Below, piece by piece: positions 1 through 10,900 of a DNA stretch of 64,000 bases. Origin of the DNA: Octopus sinensis (Eukaryota). Positions within the stretch are counted from its first letter, which is position 1. Each line of letters starts with the position of its first letter. The translations under genes and the position numbers were made by a program. Under the pieces are notes generated by a model. That model searched no databases, was not told the origin of the DNA, and was given only the letters and a program-made list of their open reading frames with translations. The DNA is taken from the NCBI RefSeq assembly GCF_006345805.1, contig NC_043006.1, positions 58,652,001-58,716,000 on the forward strand. Direction: 5' to 3'.

Positions 1-192
1 AGCCTCTGTATCATGAATGGATATATGGACCATTCCTAATGAAAGCCAGAGCTTCCTTCGACCACTACATAAGAAATATTAAGAAAAAATGTTATTTAGA
101 TAAACTTTTATTTTAGTTGTTTACACTATTTTACACATGTTTACTCTTATACATTCAAAGTTTAAAAATTTCCTTATTTAAATTATGAATCA

Positions 193-705
193 CTAGCAGT
201 ATCGCCTGGCGTTGCTCGGGTTTGTAAGGGAAATAACTATATAAGCATTTTTAGAGAGTTACTTCCCTTATAGATGCCAATTCGGGCTTTCTTAGCCATT
301 TCTGTTTTGGTGTCTTCAAGCCATGAAGTTGTTGTTCTAAAAGAATGCTGGTCTCCTTGACAACGCTTTACAACGTTGATTTCCTTACACTCCCTTCCCC
401 ACAGCTTCACGAGGGAGGGAAGAAGGGGGAGAAGCAAACAGGTGCAGGTGTGACCATGGATGCCAACTCCGCCGCCATCGACACACTAAAAATTATGCAT
501 TAAAATGGAATAAAAAATGATGTTAAATTATTTTTAAAATCGTAGACTCATCGTAGATGCGCGCTAATACTCAGACAGGCTCGATATGAATCACGACTAT
601 AAGATACCTGAATTTGGCTAAACTGCACCGCAAAATGTGGGAGTAGTTAGGAATCTAAATCGAAGGGGACAGACACTCACACAACTACAGTTTTATATAT
701 ATAGA
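193..705 (-). mobile_element. Non-autonomous Helitron (~513 bp)
   Basis: Minus strand starts TCTATATATATAAAA at 705 and ends with the GC hairpin CCCGAGCAACGCCAGGC followed by CTAG at 193. It sits between host A and T, the canonical Helitron termini and target. Confidence 0.75.
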
Positions 706-781
706 TATTCCGTTTTATAATATCAAAATGATTACAAAACTTCTTTGTAGATGATATTTTCTGTTTGGATGACACTAATTT

Positions 782-1000
782 TCAAATTGCTGGAGTCTGT
801 TGCTCTACTCTCATAGCGATGTATAACTGGCCATGTGTAAACATCAGAGTGGATAAAAATACCCTTACACGATCTAAAGTCTGGCCCTGTGCCTTGTTTG
901 CTGTGAATGCATGAGCGGAATCTTTAGGGTTGCAATAAATCAAACTAAAACTTACCTCACACTGTTCTATGTGAATAATGTCTGGATGTTCTGGGACCAT
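782..1000 (-). mobile_element. Helitron/PIF1 helicase C-terminal remnant
   Basis: ORF contains AFTANKAQGQTLDRVRVFLSTLMFTHGQLYIA, matching PIF1-type motifs V/VI (FAMTINKSQGQTL...VFSHGQLYVALSR). Confidence 0.8.
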
Positions 1001-3249
1001 GGGTTATTCTGATTGACAAAACTGAGATGTAAACAACAGTCACTTCAATTAACTATTTGGAATCCTGCTTGAGACTAACACACTTCAATAACTACTACAT
1101 AATCACACACACTGTATACTGACACATACTTTTTCCATTTCATTTTCGCTATTAACCATCCTCATGACCCCCTTCATATCTATGATGGGGTTGTGAACTA
1201 TATGATGATAATCAAGAGTTAATTATGGTCTGTGAATTTTTAATAAAAATGTGAAGGTATCAAAAATCGATATCCACGAAATAATAATATTTTCTGATTT
1301 TTTAATGCTAAAAACTTTCCTGTCAACCGTCTTAGTAATCCCGAAAAGTATCATAACCATTGGTTCAGCCAGCTGTACAGATGGACGGACAGATAGACAT
1401 AAAGCCTGTTATAGTAAGATAGCAAATCTGCCCATCTATAATGGGAAATAAAAGGATAGTATCTCAAATCTAAACCCTCTAAATTCATGAACTATATGGG
1501 CGGGGATGGAATCTAGAGTTAATCCTCATCACCAGAATTTTAACAAAAAAAAAAAAAAAATCAAAGGTGGTTTATTAAAACAAAACTCAATATCCACTAA
1601 ATCATCACTGTTGTTGTTGCTGGTGTTGTTGTTGCATAGCCCATGACATCCCTGATCCAAAACATTTATAATCAAATGTGCTCCAGCCATAACTATCTCA
1701 TCTTTTCTTCAAACTGGTATAGCTAGTATTACATTATCAAGTGTATCCTTCCTTTCTATTTCAGATGGTAAAGGAAGAGAGAATTCCTGAAAGAGTTGGC
1801 TGTTCTTTCTAGCAATAATGGGATATCACTTGCCCAAGGTGAAAGGTTCATATGCATTCAGATTTGAAACTCCTTGCTACTGAAGTGTTCGAAAACCTCA
1901 TCAAAAATGTTGAAGACAAATATGATTTTTAAAAATAAGTTTAAGCTGTTAGCATTTAAACTGACCACATCCAGCCACAAGCATAGATGGTGGTGGTGGT
2001 GGTGGTGGGGCTGCCCCAGGTGGCACTTTTAAAGGGGCACCACTTTTGGGTCTGCAGTAGGCAATATAAGTTTTTTGTGGGGCCCGGGGACAGCAAATGG
2101 AAGGGCCACCCCAGATGGTACACACTCTAGCTATGCTAGTGTATCCAGCCCAAATATTCTTTCTATTTTATGCTCAAATTGACCAGATCTGGTTTCTCAC
2201 ACCTACACTACAACATTATTCTAAATCACATCATTGAAATCTCTAAGCTATAAGATAATGCTTGATTAATTAAAAACGTGGTACCAGCATGAGTGCTTTT
2301 TATGTGGCACAAGCACCAGTGTTTTTGTATGTGGCACCAGCATCAGTATCAAGTCTGCTGTGGCAGATGGGTCTTCTTGCATAAAAAAAGATGCCAGATA
2401 TCTTAGTCTTTTGTAATCTCCTTCGTAAGGTTCAATGTTTTGAGATCTGTCTTCAGTACTTCATTCCATGTCTTCCTGGGTCTCCCTTTTCCAGAAGTTC
2501 CATCCACTTTAAATGACTGGCATTTCTGTATGTAACTGTCTACATCCATATGCAATGAATATTAATGGAGAATATATCTTTTGCTCATTTTTGAAGACTA
2601 ATTTGAAATAGTAATGTCATCTTTTTGCACAGGCACAAGTTTGAAAAAGGGAGATTGATGGTAAGTTTAACTTATCAATCTAAACTTATCCATACAGTGG
2701 CCATTCACATTTTGGGAGCACCTTATAGTAGTTAGCATTATCATCTTTTCTACATAATCTGGATACATTGTATGTTCATTAATATCGTCGAGGATAAAGA
2801 CAGTGAGCTGGAAGAATCATTAGCATGCTGGGTAAAATGTTTAGTGGCATTTCTTCCATCCTTATGTTCTGAGTTCAAATTCCACCAACGTCAACTTTTC
2901 CTTTCATCTTTTCATCCTTTCAGGTTTGATCAAATAAGTACCAGTTGAGCACTGGGGTCAGTGTAATTGACTTATTCCTTCCTCAGAATTGCTGGTCTTG
3001 TGCCAAAATTTGAAATTAATATTGTTGAGGATGAAGAGCCTAACTTGTTTCAATTATTATAGCTGGGTTCCAACCTGGGCCACATCAACGAAGTCTACCT
3101 GCCACATTTCTCAGTCCATCATCACTATCTTGATATCCTGGATACATTCCAGGGCAGTGTCTGCAATCAGGTTGTCAATGTGTCACAACATTTTCCTCAC
3201 CATGAAGTGGGTTCAATAAGACTAATTTGGACACTTCCAGTTCATGGTG

Positions 3250-5150
3250 GCATGTGCAGTGACTAGATACTTGCAGCTGTCTTTGGCTGATCTTGCTAAT
3301 TATCAGCAGGTCTTCATAAAGGCATTAATTTGTCATATGTTGCTGCCATTTCACATTTAGGGCCATTTGTAGCATCTTTGTGTAGCACCCATTTAGCCTG
3401 TTTAGTAATTTCTTTGTCAATGTCAATGTTCCACAACCATATAACAGCACTGGTTTCACAGTTGCAATGAACAGCTTGATCTTGATTTACCTGGGCAATT
3501 TGGAGTGCCAGGCTTCCTTTAGTTTGTCACAGGCTGTCCATGCTTGTGCCTTCTTGCTCTTGATATCTTCTTCCAAACTGTTCACCTAACCACCTATGTA
3601 CTTGAAGTCTTCAGCAACATTCAATTTGGAACTGCTCAAAGCAAACAATTCAGTCTCATTTGATTGGTTGAAAGATATGTATTCTATTTGCTTGACATTT
3701 GTGTGCAGTCTACTTTAGCAGCTGATGTTTCTGCTCTGCTGAACAGCTGTTGAACTTGATCTGTTTCATTAGATATGCATGCTATATCATCTGAGAAGTT
3801 CAGATTATAGCTTGTACTCTCCATGGTCTTTATCATTCTATGATGAAACCAAGATCTTTGTCACTGTTGTCTATATTATGCCACATTGCATAATGCAATA
3901 CAACTGCAGCAGGTAAGATGCAAATATATCTCCTTGTAGTACCCCAGCTAGTATTTGAAAGAATTCTGTTTCTCTATCAGACAAAAACATATGAGCTCTG
4001 GTCTTCTTGTAGGTCTTTGCAATGGCAAGAACTAATTCTTCTGGAATGTCATATGCTTGAGAGTTCTTCAACCTTTTGCAATGATGGATGCTGTCAAATG
4101 CCTTGCTGAATTCCACAAAGGTTTTAATGGTAGGTAGCTGTCTTTATTTAACTTCTATGATATGCCTCAGGGCTATGATCTGAGATGTTGTGGATCTCCC
4201 TGGTCTTAATATGTTTTGATTTGGTCTCAGGTGGCTATCAAGCACCAGTTGAATCCTGTTGATTACTTTCAATCAGATATTGGACAGTACAATTCCTCTG
4301 TAGTTAGTTTCATTGCAGAAGTTTCCTGACTTTGGGATTGGCATCAAATCAATATTGGATCACTCATCTGAACTTTTCTGGTTCTGCAAGAGCCTATTCA
4401 CAAAATCCAGTATTATTTCATTCAGATTGCACCTCTTGATAACTCCAGGGAACTTACAAGGGAACACTATCTGAGCAGCTGACTGAAGTGTTGATACCAC
4501 TTTTGGACTTGCTCCTCACTGCTGTTTCCATGGATGATGCTCAAATTTGCTGCTTTCCTTCCAATTGTCCCATTGATCAATTTCCAGCTTTCCCTGTGCA
4601 TTGAATTTGCATTGGCTGCCTTGACTTAATCAGTTATGCAGTCCAATTCCTCTTCTTCAATAGTTTTGTAGGCATTTCAAAGGGTGGATTTGGCAGCTTG
4701 TAGTTCCAGCCTGTGTTCTTTCTTAGGCTTCTCTTGATAGCAGTTAAATGCTCTTAGCACATTCTTCCTGGCTGAAATAACTCTTGGTTAAGCTGATGTT
4801 CTTTTCTTAGAATGGTGCTTCTTTGATGGTATCATTTGTTCTTTTGCTTCTCTGTTAGCTGTGATAAAATGTTCATAGAGGTTTTCTATTGACTCCAAAC
4901 CATTTTGTAGAGCAGTAAATTGGTATCACAGCTGCAGATCTGTATCACTTTTCAGGATGTATCAGTTATGTACTTGTTTTTTCTTTGGTGTTGTATGTGT
5001 AGGCAAGCTGAGCTTGATTCATCCTGATAGAATTCTGTGGTCAGAGCCAAGACTTGAGAAGACTGACCAAAGGAGATCCTGCCTCTACTAATAAGGAAAT
5101 GCAATCTACAGGAGGAGCATATGACCCCTGTCAATATTAAGGCATTGAAA
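3250..5150 (-). mobile_element. Degenerate RTE-like LINE: endonuclease C-terminus, linker and reverse transcriptase
   Basis: Minus-strand peptides SLGSDHRIL (APE end), ENLYEHFITANREAKEQMIP (linker) and FSKAFDSIHH...ILAGVLQGDIFASYL (RT). Many stops and frameshifts. Confidence 0.75.
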
Positions 5151-5329
5151 GGCCATAATGATAAGGTTTACTAGCTGCACTAGGGTTCAAGCCCCTAATC
5201 TATATGTTGTTGATGCATGCCAGGATTTATCCGGCACTTATAATGCTGTATCTTCAAACCCTGATGGAAGAGATGTGGCTGACAGCAAAGATCAACATGT
5301 TAAACCTGGTCAATTAGACCTTTAAGCAT

Positions 5330-5960
5330 TGGTACTATAAACATACACACCATATGGTTGGAGCATAAAAGACTAAAACTTGCAAAGTTATTCAGAGATT
5401 ACAAGAACATCCTAGCAATAGTTGATCACAAAATTATGCACAAAGATGAGATAGAGTACATCCAGTTGGAAAAATGTTGGCTCATCACAACATTAGCATG
5501 GAGGAATGAGAGCAGTGCTGTATGCGGTGGTGTAGGAATCATAAAATAGCACATGTGTCAATAACTTTGGTGAAAATCCTGCTACAACAGTCTTTGTGTA
5601 TTATGCCCTGGTTGAAGGATCATGAGATGCAGAAGAACACTACAACAATCTTGATGTAATTCATTCAGTACCAGCTCACAACAGGACACTCTTGTTTGAT
5701 AATTGTAACGCACACATAGGAACAAAAAATGGTGCTTTCACATTCGATGAACGGACAAGCAACGATGGCCACTTAATCCTGGACCTTGCATTGGAAACCA
5801 ATATAGTTATTACAAATACTCGGTTCGAAAAGAAAAAGGGCAAGTTATGGACTTATGTCTCAGACATGAGTGGAAGTAAGTAACAAGTTGATTATATCCT
5901 GATCAACCAAAAGTGGAAAAAACTCTGTTTGGAAATGTTGAAGCACACATGTTCCAAAGT
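5330..5960 (+). mobile_element. APE-type endonuclease remnant of an RTE-like LINE
   Basis: Peptides AWRNESSAVCGGVGII and DNCNAHIG...NDGHLILDLALETNIVITNTRFEKKKGKLWTY...QVDYILINQKW. Confidence 0.75.
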
Positions 5961-6270
5961 CTTGCAATTTGCAAGCGACTAAACTACCATCATCAATGAT
6001 GAATCTCAGAAGTTGCTTCTGATTTACAATGGCTTTACAATGGAAAGCAGATGCTAAATGAAGATGATGATGATAATGATGAAGACTGGGATTGATTTGT
6101 TTGATTAAAACCTTTGAAGGGTTGTTTCAGCATGGCTGCAGTCCAATGACTGAAACAAGTAAAATTTAAAAAATAAAAGATAAAAAAAAGATAAATGATA
6201 ATTATAAATCATTATAATTATTATTTACATTATTTACAGTTGATGGATATTTGTCCTCATCTTGTTTGTT

Positions 6271-6316
6271 AACACAACATTTCGGCTGATATACCCTCCA
6301 GCCTTCATCAGGTGTC
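6271..6316 (-). ncRNA. Minimal type I hammerhead ribozyme motif (mirror copy)
   Basis: Reverse complement reads GACAC-CUGAUGA-aGGCUG...CAGCC-GAAA-UG-UU-GUGUU. One C>U change in stem III relative to the + copy. Confidence 0.6.
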
Positions 6317-6605
6317 TTGGGGAAATTTCAAACCTGGGTTCTCATTCCTGAGGTATTTTTTGATGTTGTTATTGTTGTTGTTGTTATCATCATTATTATT
6401 ATTATTCAGGTTACTGCCTGGAATTGAACTCGGAATCTTGGGGTTAGTAGCCCATGCTCTTAATCACTATGCCATATGCCCATGGTTAAGAGCGTGGGCT
6501 ACTAACCCCAAGATTCCGAGTTCGATTCCAGGCAGTAACCTGAACAACAACAACAACATCGAAAAATACCTTAGGAATGAGAACCCAAGTTGGAAATTTC
6601 CCCAA

Positions 6606-6651
6606 GACACCTGATGAAGGCTGGAGGGTATATCAGCCGAAACGTTGTGTT
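6606..6651 (+). ncRNA. Minimal type I hammerhead ribozyme motif
   Basis: GACAC-CUGAUGA-a-GGCUG(gagggUaUaU)CAGCC-GAAA-CG-UU-GUGUU. Core CUGAUGA/GAAA; stem I GACAC/GUGUU; stem II GGCUG/CAGCC; palindromic ACGU stem III typical of dimeric minimal hammerheads. Confidence 0.7.
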
Positions 6652-7270
6652 AAAAACAAGCAAGATGAGGACAAATATCCATCAAATGTAAATAATGTAC
6701 ATAATTCCTCATTTCTTATATATAGAACTGTATTATAATTATTATTTAATTAACTGCTTATTGTTTCCAAGAGTTGTACGACTCGTGTTCCATTTGGTAG
6801 AACAAATTGATATTTATCAAAAGGCGTTAAGCAAATGATCTCAAATATAATCTCTAACAAAGTCTGAATTTTAAGGGAAGGAGAATAGTCGCTATAATCG
6901 ATCTCAATACTTGATCAATACTTTTATTTTATCAACTGTAGAAAAATGGAAGCAAAACTGGTTTAGGCGGAATATGAACGCGGAGAAAGTAATGAGCTGT
7001 CCAGGTCAATAGATATAAACATTCATTAAAGTATACCACTATACTCATTAGAAATATTTACAAGTGATTCTGATGAAATATTGTAGACAGAACAAGTAAT
7101 GAAGAGTTATAATATATGTTGGTTACGGATAAATGTTTATGTTTACAAAAGGGATAGATAATTACGGAAAGAAAAGAGGAAAACTGCATTCATCCCAAAG
7201 TAAAATAAAACTCTGTTAAGAATAGGGTAAGATACATATCATAGGTCAGGAAAATTATACCTTTCAATAT

Positions 7271-7343
7271 CGACCCTGATGGGACTTGAACCCACAATCT
7301 TCGGCTCCGGAGGCCGACGCCTTATCCATTAGGCCACAGGGCC
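7271..7343 (-). tRNA. tRNA-Arg(CCG), intronless, 73 nt
   Basis: GGCCCTGTGGCCTAATGGATAAGGCGTCGGCCTCCGGAGCCGAAGATTGTGGGTTCAAGTCCCATCAGGGTCG. Full cloverleaf; anticodon arm TCGGC-CT-CCG-GA-GCCGA; T-loop GTTCAAGTC; a T4 run lies ~17 nt downstream. Confidence 0.93.
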
Positions 7344-7679
7344 ACGGTAAAATTTGTTCGAATAATATTTATATATACTCAACTATATTTCAAACACGGT
7401 TGATGATCGAATTAAAAAATTTTTTGAAGAAAATATTTTCTGTTTTTATAAAATCGTTGTCAAAATATTCGGAATTCAAAATTTCTGACACCAATCTTAA
7501 TTTCTATTTGAGCAACATTTGCTATATATTAGCATACTATATGTTAAAAATGAACAATTTAAGTTTACAATAATTTAATAAAGTTTATTTTTTAAATTTA
7601 TTTAAAATATTTGCTATCGAAACACCATAATCATTTATGATTTACTACTTACATATATCTAAAAAATAAAACAATAAAA

Positions 7680-7906
7680 TACCATTCATTGGTAGAGTCG
7701 GCGTGTTTATACGGCAATGTGACGGAATAGCAATTTTGATAAAGAATATATTTTTAATATTTATATAAATTATTTATCTTATTTACTTACTAAAGTTAAT
7801 AAATCAGATTTTATTTTAAAAATGTAATTGTAACTAAGTTGACATTATTTTGTGTTTTTAGTGACGCAGGCGGGAAGAAGTATTTTTCCTGCACGTCCAT
7901 TTTGTC
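7680..7906 (+). promoter_or_regulatory. Probable HUS1 proximal promoter/5' UTR
   Basis: Locally CpG-richer region before the ATG, with an inverted CCAAT (ATTGG, ~7688), a CRE-like GTGACGCA (7861) and an E2F-like GGCGGGAA (~7869). Motifs by eye only. Confidence 0.35.
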
Positions 7907-7958
7907 ATGAGGTTCAGGGCGAAGTTGGTCGACATCGGCTCAATACAGCACTTTACTC
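7907..7958 (+). CDS. HUS1: HUS1 exon 1 ([17 protein letters not shown])
   Basis: ATG at 7907; donor GTATGT at 7959; phase 1. Confidence 0.92.
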
Positions 7959-10900
7959 GTATGTAACATTTTATTCAGAATTTTTGATACAAGAAATATA
8001 TTGTTCAGTCCAATATGATTTTTGACACTTGACCCCTATTCTACACAGCTACATAAACACATATATGAGAATAACAAACATATTTGGGGGTACTACTTAA
8101 AAAAAAGGAGGTCCCTAAAAACTAACCCTACGGGACCTTTGTATTTAAGTAGTGACACATATTTTAACTATGCACAATATGGGAAAGAAACTTTAAAATT
8201 TTCTATTTCTTAGTCCTTTAATCATACAAGTATTTTTATGTTTGTCCCAGTAAGTAACTTTTATAAAATATTATCAGTTTGAATGTGTAACGTCCATTTT
8301 TATCATATATTGAAAATACGACGTCAGCATTAAGAAATAGAAAATTAAAAGTTTCTTCCCCATATTGTGCATAGTTAAAATATGTGTCACTACTAAAATA
8401 CAGAGGTCTTCTAGGGTTAGTTTTTAGGGACCTCTGTATTTAAGTAGTACCAAATATGTTTGCTATTCTCATATATGTGTTTATGTAGCTGTGTGAAATA
8501 GGGGTCAAGTGTATACACACACACATTTCACAACCTTTACAAAAGTATCTATTGTAAAAATGGGCAGGTTGTTGCTACAAACTTGTGTAATTAATTCTTC
8601 ATTTGGGATCAAGTCTGGTAATACTTTCTTCACCCCTTATCCACCATTCACTGCATCCACCTTTGGACCCTATCTAATTTTTAACCTTTACAAAAGAATC
8701 TATTGTAAAAATGGGCAGGTTGTTGCTTCAAACTTGTGTAATTAATTCTTCAATACTTTATCATAACTCTTCTTCATTTGGGGTCAAGTCTGGTAATACT
8801 TTCTTCACCCCTTATCCACATTCATTGCATCCACCTTAGGACCCTATACAAAGAATCTATTGTAAAAATGGGCAGGTTGTTGCTACAAACTTGTATAATT
8901 AATTCTTCAATACTTTATCATAACTCTTCTTCATTTGGGATCAAGTCTGCTAATACTTTCTTCACCCCTTATCCACCATTCATTGCATCCACCTTAGGAC
9001 CCTATACAAAGAATCTATTGTAAAAATGGGCAGGTTGTTGCTACAAACTTGTGTAATTAATTCTTCAATACCTTATCATAACTCTTCTTCATTTGGGGTC
9101 AAGTCTGGTAATACTTTCTTCACCCCTTATCCACCTTAGGACCCTATCCAATTTTTAACCTTTACAAAAGAATCTATTGTAAAAATGGGCAGGTTGTTGC
9201 TTCAAACTTGTGTAATTAATTCTTCAATACTTTATCATAACTCTTCTTCATTTGGGGTCAAGTCTGGTAATACTTTCTTCACCCCTTATCCACATTCATT
9301 GCATCCACCTTAGGACCCTATACAAAGAATCTATTGTAAAAATGGGCAGGTTGTTGCTACAAACTTGTGTAATTAATTCTTCAATACCTTATCATAACTC
9401 TTCTTCATTTGGGGTCAAGTCTGGTAATACTTTCTTCACCCCTTATCCACCTTAGGACCCTATCCAATTTTTAACCTTTACAAAAGAATCTATTGTAAAA
9501 ATGGGCAGGTTGTTGCTACAAACTTGTATAATTAGTTCTTCAATACTTTATCATAACTCTTCTTCATTTGGGATCAAGTCTGCTAATACTTTCTTCACCC
9601 CCTTATCCACCATTCATTGCATCCACCTTAGAACCCTATACAAAGAATCTATTGTAAAAATGGGCAGGTTGTTGCTACAAACTTGTGTAATTAATTCTTC
9701 AATACTTTATCATAACTCTTCTTCATTTGGGGTCAAGTCTGGTAATACTTTCTTCACCCCTTATCCACCTTAGGACCCTATCCAATTTTTAACCTTTACA
9801 AAAGAATCTATTGTAAAAATGGGCAGGTTGTTGCTACAAACTTGTATAATTAGTTCTTCAATACTTTATCATAACTCTTCTTCATTTGGGATCAAGTCTG
9901 CTAATACTTTCTTCACCCCTTATCCACCTTTGGACCCTATCCAGTTTTTAACCTATACAAAAATCTATTGTAAAATTGCTCTTCAATACTTTATCATAAC
10001 TCTTCTTCATTGGGATCAAGTCTGCTAATACTTTCTTCACCCCTTATCCACCATTCACTGCATCCACCTTTGGACCCTATCCAATTTTTAACCTATACAA
10101 AGAATCTATTGTAAAAATGGGCAGGTTGTTGCTACAAACTTGTGTAATTAATTCTTCAATACTTTATCATAACTCTTCTTCATTTGGGGTCAAGTCTGCT
10201 AATACTTTCTTCACCCCTTATCCACCTTTGGACCCTATCCAGTTTTTAACCTATACAAAAATCTATTGGACAAGTTGTTGCTCTTCAATACTTTATCATA
10301 ACTCTTCTTCATTGGGATCAAGTCTGCTAATACTTTCTTCACCCCTTATCCACCATTCACTGCATCCACCTTTGGACCCTATCCAATTTTTAACCTATAC
10401 AAAGAATCTATTGTAAAAATGGGCAGGTTGTTGCTACAAACTTGTATAATTAATTCTTCAATACTTATCATAACTCTTCTTCATTTGGGGTCAAGTCTGC
10501 TAATACTTTCTTCACCCCTTATCCACCATTCATTGCATCCACCTTAGGACCCTATCCAATTTTTAACCTATACAAAGAATCTATTGTAAAAATGGGCAGG
10601 TTGTTGCTACAAACTTGTGTAATTAATTCTTCAATACTTTATCATAACTCTTCTTCATTTGGGGTCAAGTCTGCTAATACTTTCTTCACCCCTTATCCAC
10701 CATTCACTGCATCCACCTTTGGACCCGATCCAATTTTTACAGGTGTCGCGTATCTACCCTCCTTTCACTCATACACTCTTGAGGTACTACTAGCGAAGAC
10801 TGAACCCGGTGCGCGCCCACGGGCGGTCGATGTCTGTCCTTGTTTGTCCTCTGTGTGTAGCCGGTGGTCCCGGTGCGCGTAGTCGCGCATCAACGCTAGC

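Larger units (their letters stand above)
6226..6699. repeat. Long inverted repeat of two head-to-head tRNA-derived SINE copies with hammerhead-containing tails
   Basis: Arms ~6226-6470 and ~6481-6699 are near-perfect reverse complements, differing mainly in a (TTG/TTA)n tract. Each has a tRNA-like head with A box (TGGCATAGTG, intact in the left copy) and B box (GAGTTCRATTCC). Confidence 0.85.

Noticed and set aside
237-437. 66-aa ORF as an exon of a neighbouring gene
   Set aside because: It lies inside the non-autonomous Helitron, with no recognisable protein or convincing splice sites.
6395-6545. tRNA genes in the palindrome centre
   Set aside because: The acceptor stem is not formed and the heads continue into SINE body sequence, so these are SINE heads rather than tRNAs.
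8540-10740. Resemblance of the minus-strand repeat peptide to the LDH/MDH C-terminus (GV.KVL.L...EEE...S.EEL)
   Set aside because: Too short, interrupted by stops and not verifiable without a search.
8509-10882. Series of ORFs starting MGRLLLQTC or [10 protein letters not shown]
   Set aside because: These are translations of the intronic tandem repeat. They have no splice or domain support and frames break between units.
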